From positions 95,978,001 to 96,042,000 of the forward strand of contig NC_086108.1 in NCBI RefSeq assembly GCF_963921235.1: 64,000 nt of DNA, read 5' to 3'. Under the pieces are notes generated by a model. That model made no database searches, had not been told where the DNA came from, and saw nothing but the letters and a program-made list of their open reading frames with translations. Shown one piece after another: positions 36,715-48,542 of the stretch. The translations under genes were made by a program, and so were the position numbers. Numbering within the stretch: position 1 is the stretch's first letter; every line of letters begins with the position of its first letter. This stretch comes from Mobula hypostoma. Taxonomy: Eukaryota.

Positions 36715-38030
36715 AAGAAATAGAAAAATATGCCATTCAGTGCTCGAGTCTCTTCCTCAACCAAATCCCACCATTCAATAACACAATGACAAACCTCGCA
36801 TCTTTTTGCAAATTTGCTGAACTAACTCCATATCCACCAATTCCATTAATGAATAGAAAAACCATCAGTCTCCATTTTGAATATACTCTGAGACCCAATC
36901 TCCACAATCCTAATGGGTAGAGAATTCAGTACTCTCTTCCTTCTGAAGAAATTTCTTCTCATCTCTGACCTGATTGATCAACCTTTACTTTGAGATGAGC
37001 ACCCTTGGCTTCAGACACCACAGTCGGTGGAAATACCATTCCATGTCTCCTGTCAAGCTAGTATTATGTGAGAATACTATGACTATTAGTCAGGAGATCA
37101 CCCTTATTGACAGAACATCTAGGTAAGCCCAGCAATGGAAAGTTTCATTCAGCAAAATTTACAAAAATTTCAGGGTATATCAATATTTCTTGCTAAAGAT
37201 CTAGCTATAAATACTGGTTAAATTTAGACAGTTTTGACCACTTATCTTTAAAAAAAGCACGAGTTTTACAATATGGCAAAACAAGAAAACCAAAAGCTGG
37301 GTTTGATCCCTCCTTACTTTCTGAAAGAGCATACCCAACAGAACTTTATCAAGTGCCTTACATATTACACCACATCCACTGCTCCACCTTCAATGTTCTT
37401 TGTCACATCCTCAAAGAATTCAATCAGGCTCCTGAGGCCTGACCTCGTTCTCAAAAAACCATGCTGACCATCTGTAATCAGACTAATCACAAATAATAGA
37501 AAATCTGCAGGTGCTGGAAATCCAAGCAAAACACACAAAATGCTGGGGGAACTCAGCAGGCCAGGCAACATCTATGGAAAAGAGTAAACAGTCGACGTTT
37601 TGGGCCAAGACCCTTCAGCAGGTCTGGAGAAAAAAAAAGATGAGGAGTCAGACTCTGACTCATTTTTCGCCTCTAAAAAGTCTATGCTTCTCCAAATGGT
37701 CATAAAATCCTATCCATTGCAATTTTCCAAGATCTGCCTCCCAGTTTGTTCCTCAGTGTCTCTGTTTCTATTGGGAGAAATCTATAGAATATCTGCAAAC
37801 GAGTGCTTACCTACTTCATGACTTCTACCCACATTGACTGACTCAATCCCTCCATGATTCCTCCCTATTTGCAGCTGTGATACTATCTCTGATTAGCTAT
37901 GCCACACCTCCACCACTTTTACCTCCTTTCCTGTCACTTTTGAAACATCTAATCCCAAGAACATCCAGCAGCCATTCCTGCCCATGTTACAGCCAAATCT
38001 CCATAATGGCCACAACATGGTGCTTAAACT
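36715..38030 (-). mobile_element. Old CR1 fragments with a short Penelope terminus inserted at about 37488-37650
   Basis: QHGFL...LIEFFEDVTK in ORF 37365..37571; aaatctgcaggtgctggaaatcc PLE terminus. Confidence 0.65.
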
Positions 38031-40327
38031 GTGTTCAACAACATGGGATTATCTTCCACAAAAGGACAGCTAAAGTTCAAGGTGGTAGTGTGACATAATC
38101 TTCTCAAAGGCAATCATAAATGGACAATAAAGCATGGTCTTATAAAGACTCAAAAATCCCAATAAATTGAAAACACAGCATTTGTGCCCATCTTCACAAA
38201 GTCCTGTAAATACAAATCGAGGAAGGAATAGACATTTATCGCAGTTTTGAGTTAGGTGACATAGTATAAAAAGCTTCATAGGTACATTGGCGACCTGCAG
38301 ATTGAATTCAATGTGGAGAAAACTAGGTGGTTACTCAAGATGAAAAGATCTTATAAATGGGATTTCTGGATGAGCAGAAAGATTAGAGAATTGCAAAATG
38401 ACAGACACAAAGGTTAATGGAATGATAGCTTTCATCTGATGGGAGCTAGAATACTTCAGGTGAAAGCTTTGCAATCTTTTTTAATACATCTGAAATTGTG
38501 TGTTTAGGTCACACCATCCTGAAGATAATACCAGTGAGAGGGCTATACAAGTTCACCAGTAAATTAAATAATTAAATTATAGTGAAGAGACAGAAATCAA
38601 TTATTTACAGTCTTGCAGAAGCCTGCTCAATATAACCTGCCCCCGTAATTTAACCTCACTGTTGTTTAGGATCCAGGTCACACCACAGCAAGCTTTGAAA
38701 TGTTATGCAGTAAATGATCAAATTATGCATGCAGATATTTTACAAACAAAGCACTAGCGTTGCAACTACTAATGTAGTGACTTCTTTAAAACTCAGTTAC
38801 ATCTAGCGTACAGTAAAAATGTTTTCAATCATAGCTTCTTTTCATTGTATGTATTAATTGTACCCACATTAGAACTCCATGCAAGATGAGACCACAACAA
38901 ATAAAGTCTTCTTCCTGTCGACAAAGCCTTTATTCCAGACAGGATCGTCGTCAAGAACATGTATCAAATCTGAAAAATGCCTGAAAAGATTACACATGTA
39001 TAAAACAGAATCTGCAAGAGCAAACCAAGCACCTATGCCTACCAACAGCATGCCACAGAACCAAGCACATGGGGCACTATACTGTGATGCAGTATGTCCC
39101 AAGTGAAATAGACCTTAGTAAATCAAATTGTTGTCAAAATTGTCACTAAGACTATAATATCAAACACTATCAGTACCAACTACATTCATGCATTCTTTCT
39201 ACCAACACTTTACAACTAGAAACTTATAATCACAGCAAAAAGAAACTATTACAACTCAAAGAAATGTACTCCAGAAGCAAATGCAGTGATGGAGGGATTA
39301 CCTTGCCATGTTTCAAGCCAGGCAAGAGAGATCCCACCAATACTACATGGGGCAGGAACCCAAAGGGGATAAAAAGGGAAAATGGCCTCCCACAGAATGT
39401 GCACAACAAGAAAGGGAGAGTGAGAGGCCAGTGATGAAGGAGACAAGACAGAGATAATAAAAGTCTGAAGACTGCACAAGCAACTGAAATTGCTAAAAAT
39501 ATACATCTCCCTTGAAGGCCATAAGGGTGGAAGACAGCAGGAAAAGCAGTAGCAACAGCCTTCCAAACATCTTGCTGATAAGTATATTTCTAGGCATAGA
39601 AGATCAAGGCATGATGGAATTTTATTTAAATCAGGCATATTGAGAGAAATTATTTCCTCTGGCAAGAGTTTAAAACACTTAAAATTAGAAACAAACTGTT
39701 TATGGATAATCTCACGAATAATTGAAATAAATATTCTTCCCCCACCCCTCCCCCCCAAGCAAAAATAGAGACTGAAAAATATTGAAATTTAAACTTGTGA
39801 TTAATTTTTGACTGGTGAAGCTATTGTAGAATGCATAATTAAAGCAAATAAATTAGAATCAAGATCACCACAACAGAATGGAATGGTAGATTAGACTTAA
39901 AGCATTAAAGTTACATTCTCATGTTTCAAAGCTCCAAAGCAATTACTTTGGTACATTTACTGTGTTAAAGATAACATGCACCATACAAGTCCAAATTATG
40001 ATCACACCCAGTAACGAAGTTCTTTCCTCCCACCCAAGCTGGCCAGGTCTCAAGGTTTGGTATCTAATTCAGCAGTGTGGCTAGATACTTTGACCAATTT
40101 GAATGTTTATACATTTCAAATTTACATTATTTGCAAGTTTACTACTGCCATCTCTCTTTGATATTTTAATTCTTGACATCCATTCATTTTTCTGTTCTTG
40201 AATGGAACGGGTAGCAGATGAGACTATAACTTGGCCAGGACATCTCAACAGTTCTGCACCACAAGTGGCAATGTTATCAATACTCCAAAAATGATAACAA
40301 TTTCCAACATTCATAAATCTTAATTAA

Positions 40328-40604
40328 CTCTACCAAGGGCAGCCCCAAGATCAGTTGTGGAAAGAGGAGGGTTGGGCATGAGGCTAGGAACCCTGTCCAT
40401 TAAAAACCCAGAGCCACAGAAATGGCAACAGAAGTTCCAAAGACCTCGTCCCTGAGAGGGTAAGGATCTTTGCTCAGAAGATGTATGAAATCCTGCGGTG
40501 AAAGCGGAAGCCACAGGGCCAACCAGCCTACAGCCCAGGACAGAAGATTCTGGCAAGCTGCTGTGGGCAGGCTATGCCCCAGTAGGGGTGGTGGGCTTAA
40601 GAAG
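40328..40604 (+). mobile_element. Short RTE-type bipartite non-autonomous element with 13-bp TSD
   Basis: AAATCTTAATTAA at 40315-40327 and 40605-40617; ggagggttgggcatgaggctag segment and ctatgccccagtagggg...ttaagaag tail. RTE assignment is by recall. Confidence 0.75.
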
Positions 40605-40879
40605 AAATCTTAATTAAATAATTTAAGTATTCTTTTAGTAGACTATACCAAAGGAGTAGGAGGTTTTTCCGACAACAATCTGCCATTTGCAGATTGTATT
40701 TTTACATCTGTTAACATATAAGTAAGAACAAGATAATTTTTTCTCAAAGATCTTCAAGATTTTAGGTCTGCTTCAAGAGCAACCAAGAGGATTAGCCGCA
40801 AAGATCAAAAAAAGCTTGGACTTGGACACCTGCTTGCAAATATGGTGACTACATAGATCCAACAATGACAAATCACATC

Positions 40880-41725
40880 ATTCATTAAAAAGACTTGAAT
40901 GTTAGATCAATTGAGAAAGTAAGCAAAAAGGATAGCAGGTGGATTTAACACTGACACAGCATGAAGTGCTACTTTCTGTGAAATTAAACCAGGGCAGGAA
41001 AGAAAAAACAGTGAATAGCAGAGACATGAGGGAGTTTTGTAGAACAAAGAAACCCAAGGGTACAAGTACATTGCTCCTTGAACAAGGGAAAGAAAAGCAG
41101 CTATACAATTAGACAGGGTAGTGAAGATGTATGGATGCTAGCCTTCACTGGTCTGGGTATAAGGAGCATCATTTTACAGCTGTACAAGATTTTGGCAAGA
41201 CCGTGCTTGGGGTAATGTGCACCATTCTGATTGCCATACCATAGGAGGGATGTGATTAAGCAAAAGAGGGTACAGAAAAGATTCACAAAGATATTGCTAG
41301 GACTTGATTTATTAGGACAGATTGAATTGGCTGGGATTATTTTCCCTGGAGTGAAGGAAACTGAGGGGCAGCTTTAGAGATTTATAAAACCATGAGGTGC
41401 ATAGATAAGGTGGATGCTTTTTTTTTTCCTCCTCAGGGCAGCGGAGTCCAAAACTAGAAGTCATAGTTCTAAGGTGAGATGGGAAAGATTTAAAGGAGAC
41501 CTGAGGGGAAAGTCTTTCCCAAATGAGGGTGATGGTTACAGTATATAGAATGAGCTGCCAGATGAAGTGATAAGAGCTGGGAACAAACACAATGTTTAAA
41601 TGACATTTAGGCAGGTAAGATTCAGAGGGATATGGGATAAACACAGACAAATAGGACCAGTTCAGGTGTACCTTGGTTGCCATGAACAAGTTAGGTTGAG
41701 GGGCCTGTCCATTTTCTATAACCCC
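40880..41725 (+). mobile_element. Old degenerate CR1 3' portion
   Basis: Degenerate ORF2 C-terminal and 3' UTR motifs (ggcctgtccattttctataac). Confidence 0.7.
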
Positions 41726-42419
41726 ATGATCCTAACATTTGAAATGTCCCAATTCCATCACCCAAGAATTTTTGTTGGCATTTTGGAAGCAATATCCAAT
41801 GCAAGGCTTGGCGTTATCATGAAATTAAATTCTAAAATGTTCATGTTGTCATTATAACCGTTCTCAAAAAAATCTTCTCAACCTGACCTCAGATTGGCAT
41901 CACAGGAGATGACATCTATTCCCGGTAGCAACATCTATTTTTGTGCTCAGACAAGAGTGCTTGGGGAGAAAAGGTTTCCATTTGGGCAGCTGGTATCAAG
42001 ATGCAGCACCATAATTATCAGCAGTGTTAAACAACTCTGCTTGTTCCTTGAACTCAGACTGTATTCAATTTTAAATTACTACTTCTTACACAAAATCATG
42101 CTTATTAACCAGTCAGTTGTCAAACTGAGCAGAATAGTAAACAATTTTTTTGGAAAAGCACTTAGTTCTGTGGGGTTTCATTTTGTTGTGCCATTTAATT
42201 CCTGAAGCAAAGGTCTGATGGGCTTAGAGTCCATCCCTTAATAGGAAACATAGCTCAAGAGACCTGGATTTGTGCAGCTTACATTTTAGCCACATAGATC
42301 ATATTGAAGGACGCTTTGGATGTTACTTACTTTGTGTTCAAACCATACATTTTATTTCCTTTTTCAAGGAGCAATGTACTTGTAACCCTTAGGTTTCTTT
42401 GTTCTACAAAACTCTTGAA

Positions 42420-42840
42420 ATTAATGCTAACATCGCATTTGCTTTCCTTACCACAGACTCAACCTTCAAATTAACCTTTAGGGAATCCAGCACAAGGACT
42501 CACAAGTCCCTAAACAACTCAGATTTTGGAACTTGCTCTCCATTTAGAAAATAGTCTATGCTTTTATTTCTTCTATCGAAGTGCATGACCATACACTTCC
42601 CAACAATGTTCCATTTGCCACTTCTTTGCCCATTATCCTAATCTGTCCAAGTCCTTCTGTACCCTCTCTACCATCTCAAAACTACTTGTCCCTCCACCTA
42701 TCTTGTCCTGTGTCACCATAACCACGTCCTTCACAATCAACTCCAACATCTTCCCAACCATTGGGGTCAGGCTAGCTGGTCTATAATTTCCTTTCTGCTG
42801 TCTCCCTCCTTTCTTAAAAAGTAGGGTGACATTTGCGAAT
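42420..42840 (-). mobile_element. CR1 RT fragments
   Basis: ccatttgccacttctttgccca, ggtctataatttcct motifs. Confidence 0.65.
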
Positions 42841-42969
42841 ATCCGAGACTATGATGTGAATTTAATGAAATAATATCAAAAATAATATTTATCACAGGAG
42901 GAATAATGAGAGAAGCAATGAAGGTACGCCAGACTGATTCCTGAGATGGCAGGTTTGTCAAACAAGCTG

Positions 42970-43495
42970 TGTACATACATCTACTGATGCTTCGGGACAC
43001 ATCTTCAGTGATGTTCCTGGAATCATTGGGTGTTTCGGGTCTTTCAACATCATACAACCTCCTTCAGGTGACCCAGCCAGGGCTGATCAGACCCCAGCTT
43101 GTGTGCAGATGGTTAGCTACTTATGACTCCATGGCTCCCCTCTTTTGAGCCACAGCCATTTTGAGGCCCTCTCTGCCGCATCGGTGGTACTGCGGATGGC
43201 TCTCCTCTTCCTCTCTCCCTCGATGCCCAAATTGCTGAAGGCTCTAACTAAGGAACGGGCTGCGAATCCCCTACAACCAACCTCCACTGGGAGACACCTC
43301 ACTCTCCATCCAGCCTGCTGACAGTTGCTGACCAGTCCTGCGTACTTGGAGAGCTTCCTTTCAAAGGCCTCTTCCAAGCTATCTTCCCATGGGACTGTCA
43401 GCTCCAGCAGCACCACTTGCTTAGTCGACTCAGACACTAGGACAATGTTTGGTCGCAGGGTGGTGGCTGCAATATGGTTGGGGAACTTCAGCTGC
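42970..43495 (-). mobile_element. Hero-clade (R2-like) non-LTR retrotransposon 3' end with restriction-like endonuclease, inserted in an old CR1
   Basis: TTLRPNIVLVSESTKQVVLLELTVPWE...RKLSKY...PVEVGCRGF...AERASKWLW (ORF 43117..43437 and upstream codons). Confidence 0.88.
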
Positions 43496-44648
43496 TGAAG
43501 AAATTAAGCACACTGAGTTTTTACTCTCTTAAATTTTATAAGAATGGATGGTAGTTCCATTGGAACATACAAAATATACATATTGTACAACTTGACAGGT
43601 TAAAAGCAGGACCGCCTTTCCACAAGCTGGGGTGCATAGAACCAGTGCTTAGTCCCAAAATTAGACGCCAACTATACAAGACAGAGCCGAGAAGAGATTT
43701 TTTTCATTCAGGTTATTCAGTTGATGAATGAAGATAGACAATAGGTTTTCATTGAGAGAGCGATTAAGAGATAGATGTTTAATACAGGAAAATGTTGCTG
43801 AGGTGAGAGATCTCACTGAATTCCGAAAAAGGAATAAAGCCCAGACCTGATTCTATTTCTTATGGTTTTGAAACTCAATACCCTCTTCATCACCTTTAAC
43901 CTCTATTAAAATTCTCCGACCCAATGGACCTCCAGTCAGAAAAAACAGCCCTCCACCACTACCTTTTGTTTTCTTATGGCCGTGACAAATACGAATCCAA
44001 TCTACCCAATTTCTGTGGATCTCATGTGCATTAACATTATGGATCAGTCTACCATGAAGACCTTATTGAACGTCTTACTGAAGGCCATATATACAATACC
44101 TACTGCCTTGCCCTCAAACATCATCACCTCTTCAAAAGCCTCAATCAAGTTTATCATGATCTCCCCCGCAAAAAAAACACTTAACTTTCCCTAGCAAGAC
44201 CATGCCCTGCCCAATGTGAGTAGACCCTTTCCCTCAGAATTTTATCCAGTAATTCCCCTACCACTCATGCAAGGCTCACCAGCCTACAATTTGCTGGATT
44301 ATTTCTATTGCTCTTCTTGAAGAAAGGTACAATTTTGGCTATTCTTCAGTCTTCTGACCTCACCCATAGCTAGTAAGGATTTCTGTCAAGGCCCCATGAG
44401 TCTCCTCACTAGCCTCTCCCAAGTATAAGAGAAATTTCTTTAGCCAGAGGGCAGTGAACCTGTGGGATTCATTGCCATGGTCAGCCATGGAGGACAAGTC
44501 ATTAAGTATATTTAAAGTGGAGGTCACAAATGAGAAAATCTGCAGATGCTGGAAATCCAAACAACACACACAAAATGCTGGAGGAACTCAGCAGGCCAGG
44601 CAGCATCAGTGGAAGGGAACAGTCAACGTTTTGGGCCAAGATGTCAAC

Positions 44649-46800
44649 AGACAATAGACAATATACAATAGGTGCAGGGGTAGGCCATTCGGCCCTTCGA
44701 GCCAGCACCACCATTCACTGTGATCATGGCTGATCATCCACAATCAGTATCCAGTTGCTGCCTTATCCCCATAACCTTTGATTCCACTATCTTTAAGAGC
44801 TCTATCCATCTCTTTTTTGAAAGCATCCAGAGACTTGGCCTCCACAGCCTTCTGGGGCAGAGCATTCCATATATCCACCACTCTCTGGGTGAAGAAGTTT
44901 TTCCTCAACTCCGTTCTAAATGGCCTACCCCTAATTCTTAGACTGTGGCCTTTGGTTCTGGACTCACCCATCAGGAGGACCATGCTTCCTGCCTGCAGCG
45001 TGTCCAATCCCTTAATAATCTTATATGTTTCAATAAGATCCCCTCTCAGCCTTCTAAATTCTAGAGCATACAAGCTCAGTCGCTCCAATCTTTCAACATA
45101 TGACAGTCCTGCCATCACAGGAATTAATCTTGTGAACCTACGCTGCACTCCCTCAATAGCAAGAATGTCCTTCCTCAAATTTGAAGACCAAAACTGCACA
45201 CAGTACTCCAGGTGTGGTCTCACCAGGGCCCTGTACAGCTGCAGAAGGACCTCTTTGCTCTTATACTCAATTCCCCTTGTTATGAAGGCCTGCATGCCAT
45301 TAGCTTTCTTCACTGCCTGCTGCACTTGCATGCTTGTACATCAGTCACTGAAAGCAAGAACACCTAGATCTCATTGTGCTTCCCCTTTTCCTAACTTGAC
45401 TCCATTTAGATAATAATCTGCCTTCCCATTCTTCCCAAGGTGGATAACCTCACACTTATCCACATCAAACTGCATCTGCAATGCATCTGCCCACTCACCC
45501 AGCCTGTCCAAGTCACCCTGCATTCTCATAACATCCTCCTCACATTTCACACTGCCTCCCAGCTTTGTGTCATCGGCAAATTTGCTAATGTTACTTTTAA
45601 TTCCCTCATCTAAATCGTTAATATATATTGTAAACAGCTGCGGTCCCAGCACTGAACCCTGCGGTACCCCACTGGTCACTGCCTGCCATTCCAAAAGGGA
45701 CCCGTTAATCGCTACCCTTTGTTTTCTGTCAGCTAGCCAATTTTCAATCCATGTCAGCACTCTGCCTCCAATACCATGTGCCCTAATTTTGCCCACTAAT
45801 CTCTTATGTGGGACTTTATCAAAGGCTTTCTGAAAGTCCAGGTACACTACATCCACTGGCTCTCCTTTGTCCATTTTCATAGTTACATCCTCAAAAAATT
45901 CCAGAAGATTAGTCAAGCACAATATCCCCTTCATAAATCCATGCTGACCCGGACCAATCCTGTTACTACTATCCAGATGTGTCGTAATTTCATCTTTTAT
46001 AATTGACTCCAGCATCTTTCTCACCACCGACGTCAGGCTAACCGGTCTATAATTCCCTGCTTTCTCTCTTCCTCCCTTCTTGAAGGGAGGGACAACATTA
46101 GCTACTCTCCAATCCACAGGAACTGATCCTGAATCTATAGAACATTGGAAAATGATTACCAATGCGTCCACGATTTCTAAAGCCACCTCCTTAAGTACCC
46201 TGGGATGCAGACCATCAGGTCCCAGGGACTTATCAGCCTTCAGACCCAACAGCCTATCCAATACCATTTCCTGCCTAATTATAAATTTCCTTCAATTCAT
46301 CCATTACCCTAGGTCTTTTGGCCACTATTACATCTGGGAGATTGTTTGTGTCTTCCCTAGTGAAGACAGATCCAAAGCACCTGTTTAACTCATCTGCCAT
46401 TTCCTTGTTCCCCATAATAAATTCACCCGCTTCTGTCTTCAAAGGCCCAATTTTGGTCTTAACTATTTTTTTTTCCTTTTCACATACCTAAAGAAGCTTT
46501 TACTATCCTCCTTTATATTCTTGGCTAGTTTACCTTCGTACCTCATTTTTTCTCCATGTATTGCCTTTTTAGTTACCTTCTGTTGCTCTTTAAAAGTTTC
46601 CCAATCCTCCGGCTTCCCACTCGTCTTTGCTATGTTATACTTCTTCTCTTTTATTTTTATACTGTCCATTACTTCCCTTGTCAGCTACGGTCTCCCCTTA
46701 CTCCCCTTAGGATCTTTCTTCCTCTTTGGAACGAACTGATCTGCACCCTCCGCATTATTCCCAGAAACACTTGCCATTGCTCTTCCACTGTCATCCCTGT
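44649..46800 (-). mobile_element. Young 5'-truncated CR1 LINE (RT and 3' end)
   Basis: ORFs 45371..46267 and 44744..45331; tail (agacaat)n at about 44649-44670. Confidence 0.93.
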
Positions 46801-48176
46801 CGACTATACTCTTATCAGTTAAAGCGGAGGTCAATACGTTCCTGATCAGTCAGAGCGTCAAAGGTTATGGCGAGGTGGCAGGAGAATGGAGTTGACAGGG
46901 ATAATTAATCAGCTACGATGTAATGGCAGAGTAGACTCAATGGGCTGAATGGCCCGATTCTTCTCCTATATCTTATGATCTTGTATCCTATCAGGCCTTA
47001 GGAACTACTCCACCTTAATATCCTTCAAAATACTCATTCCTACCTCCTTCATATCAAGATGCCTTCGAACATCAGCGCATCTCTCCCTGATCTTGCTGCT
47101 CACTATGTCCTTTTTCTTGGTGAATACTAATAAGAAGCTTTTGTTTAGAACCCTGTCCATTTCTTCTGGCTCCAGATGCAAATTCCCTTGGTATTCCTAA
47201 AGGGATAGAGTCAGATTTTTGCTTCTTAAACCTTGTGCGCGTTTTTTTTCTTGCTCCTTAGTGCAAATTTAGTCAATGTCTCTCATCATCCAGGATTCTT
47301 AAACCTTACCATCTTTGCTATTTTTCTTCACAGGAAAATATCTCATAAGACTGATTTTAAATGGGTCTAGAACTCAGGCAGGCCCTCAGTGAGCCATCAG
47401 CAGCAGCAATACATACCACCACAAATTTGCATTCTCAGAGTGGCATATCATCACACTGCAAGTATTGGCAACCTACTGGGTCAACTTGGATTCAACGAGT
47501 GCCAATGTGCATGGCAGAAGCAACAGCAAGTGTAGCTAAAAACACAAGATGTGAACCCTGTGAAGCTTACAGCATATGCACCAGACAAAAACAACAGCAT
47601 CCAAACAAGCCGTAGAATTAAACAATCAACAAAACAGATCAAAACTCTGCCGTTCTTACACATGCAGTTCTCAAATGCTGCTATACAATTAAAACAAACA
47701 ACAGGAAAGAGAGACTCCAAAGTTTCTCCATTGTCAATGATCTACTTTGGTACTATTTTTGCAACTTAAAGTAATTTTTTTATGTCTTGCACTGCACTGC
47801 TGCTGCTGCAAACCAACAAATTTCACGACATATGTCAGTGATAATAAACCAGATTCTGATGCCAAGGACAAGGCAGAAGCATTTGCAATCATCAATCTGC
47901 TGGAAGTGTTGAGTGAATGATCTTTTTTGGCCTCCTCCTGGAGTTCACACATTATAAAACACAATTATGAGCCAATTCAATATAATTTCTATGATAATGT
48001 GAAACAGTCAAAAGCACTGGACACAGTAAAGCAAATGTGGCCAAATAAAAGTGAAATGAAGACTTGCATACCAGACTGGCTTTGTCTGCGGCCAAGCTGT
48101 TCTAGTACAAGACTGAAAATTCTCCAGCGACACATTGTCCACAAGAGGCATGATAAAACCAATCCAGCAATTACAG

Positions 48177-48274
48177 GGCAACACACCCAATTTGTGGAGG
48201 AACTCCGGCCAGGCAGCATCTATGGGAAAAAGTAAGCAGTCCACATTTCGAGCCGAGACCCGTCATCGGGACCC
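48177..48274 (-). mobile_element. 98-bp Penelope-derived mini-insertion containing a degenerate hammerhead, perfect 14-bp TSD
   Basis: TCCAGCAATTACAG at 48163-48176 and 48275-48288; minus strand GTC-CCGATGA-C-GGGT CTCG GCTC-GAAA-TGTG-GAC. Confidence 0.85.
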
Positions 48275-48542
48275 TCCAGCAATTACAGTCCTGGTCTGTT
48301 CTCAGTAAGCAGTAAAGTAATAAAAAGGTTTAGTTAATATTGTTGAGGGGCAACTTCTATTTTGCTCTCACTGGTGTTCAGTTTGGGTTTTCAAAAGACC
48401 ACTCAGTACCTGACCTCATTTTAACCTTGGTCCAAGTGCGTACAAGAGAGGAGATTCCCTAAGGAAAGATATGTGTCAAGGTAACATCAGGCCATGAGAG
48501 AATAGCAAGAAGTCTTTGTAAAACTGACGTAGTAACTGGAAT

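Noticed and set aside
44778..45833. Antisense ORFs over CR1 RT (also 3268..3660 and 23944..24414)
   Set aside because: Shadow frames opposite conserved coding sequence; no independent evidence.
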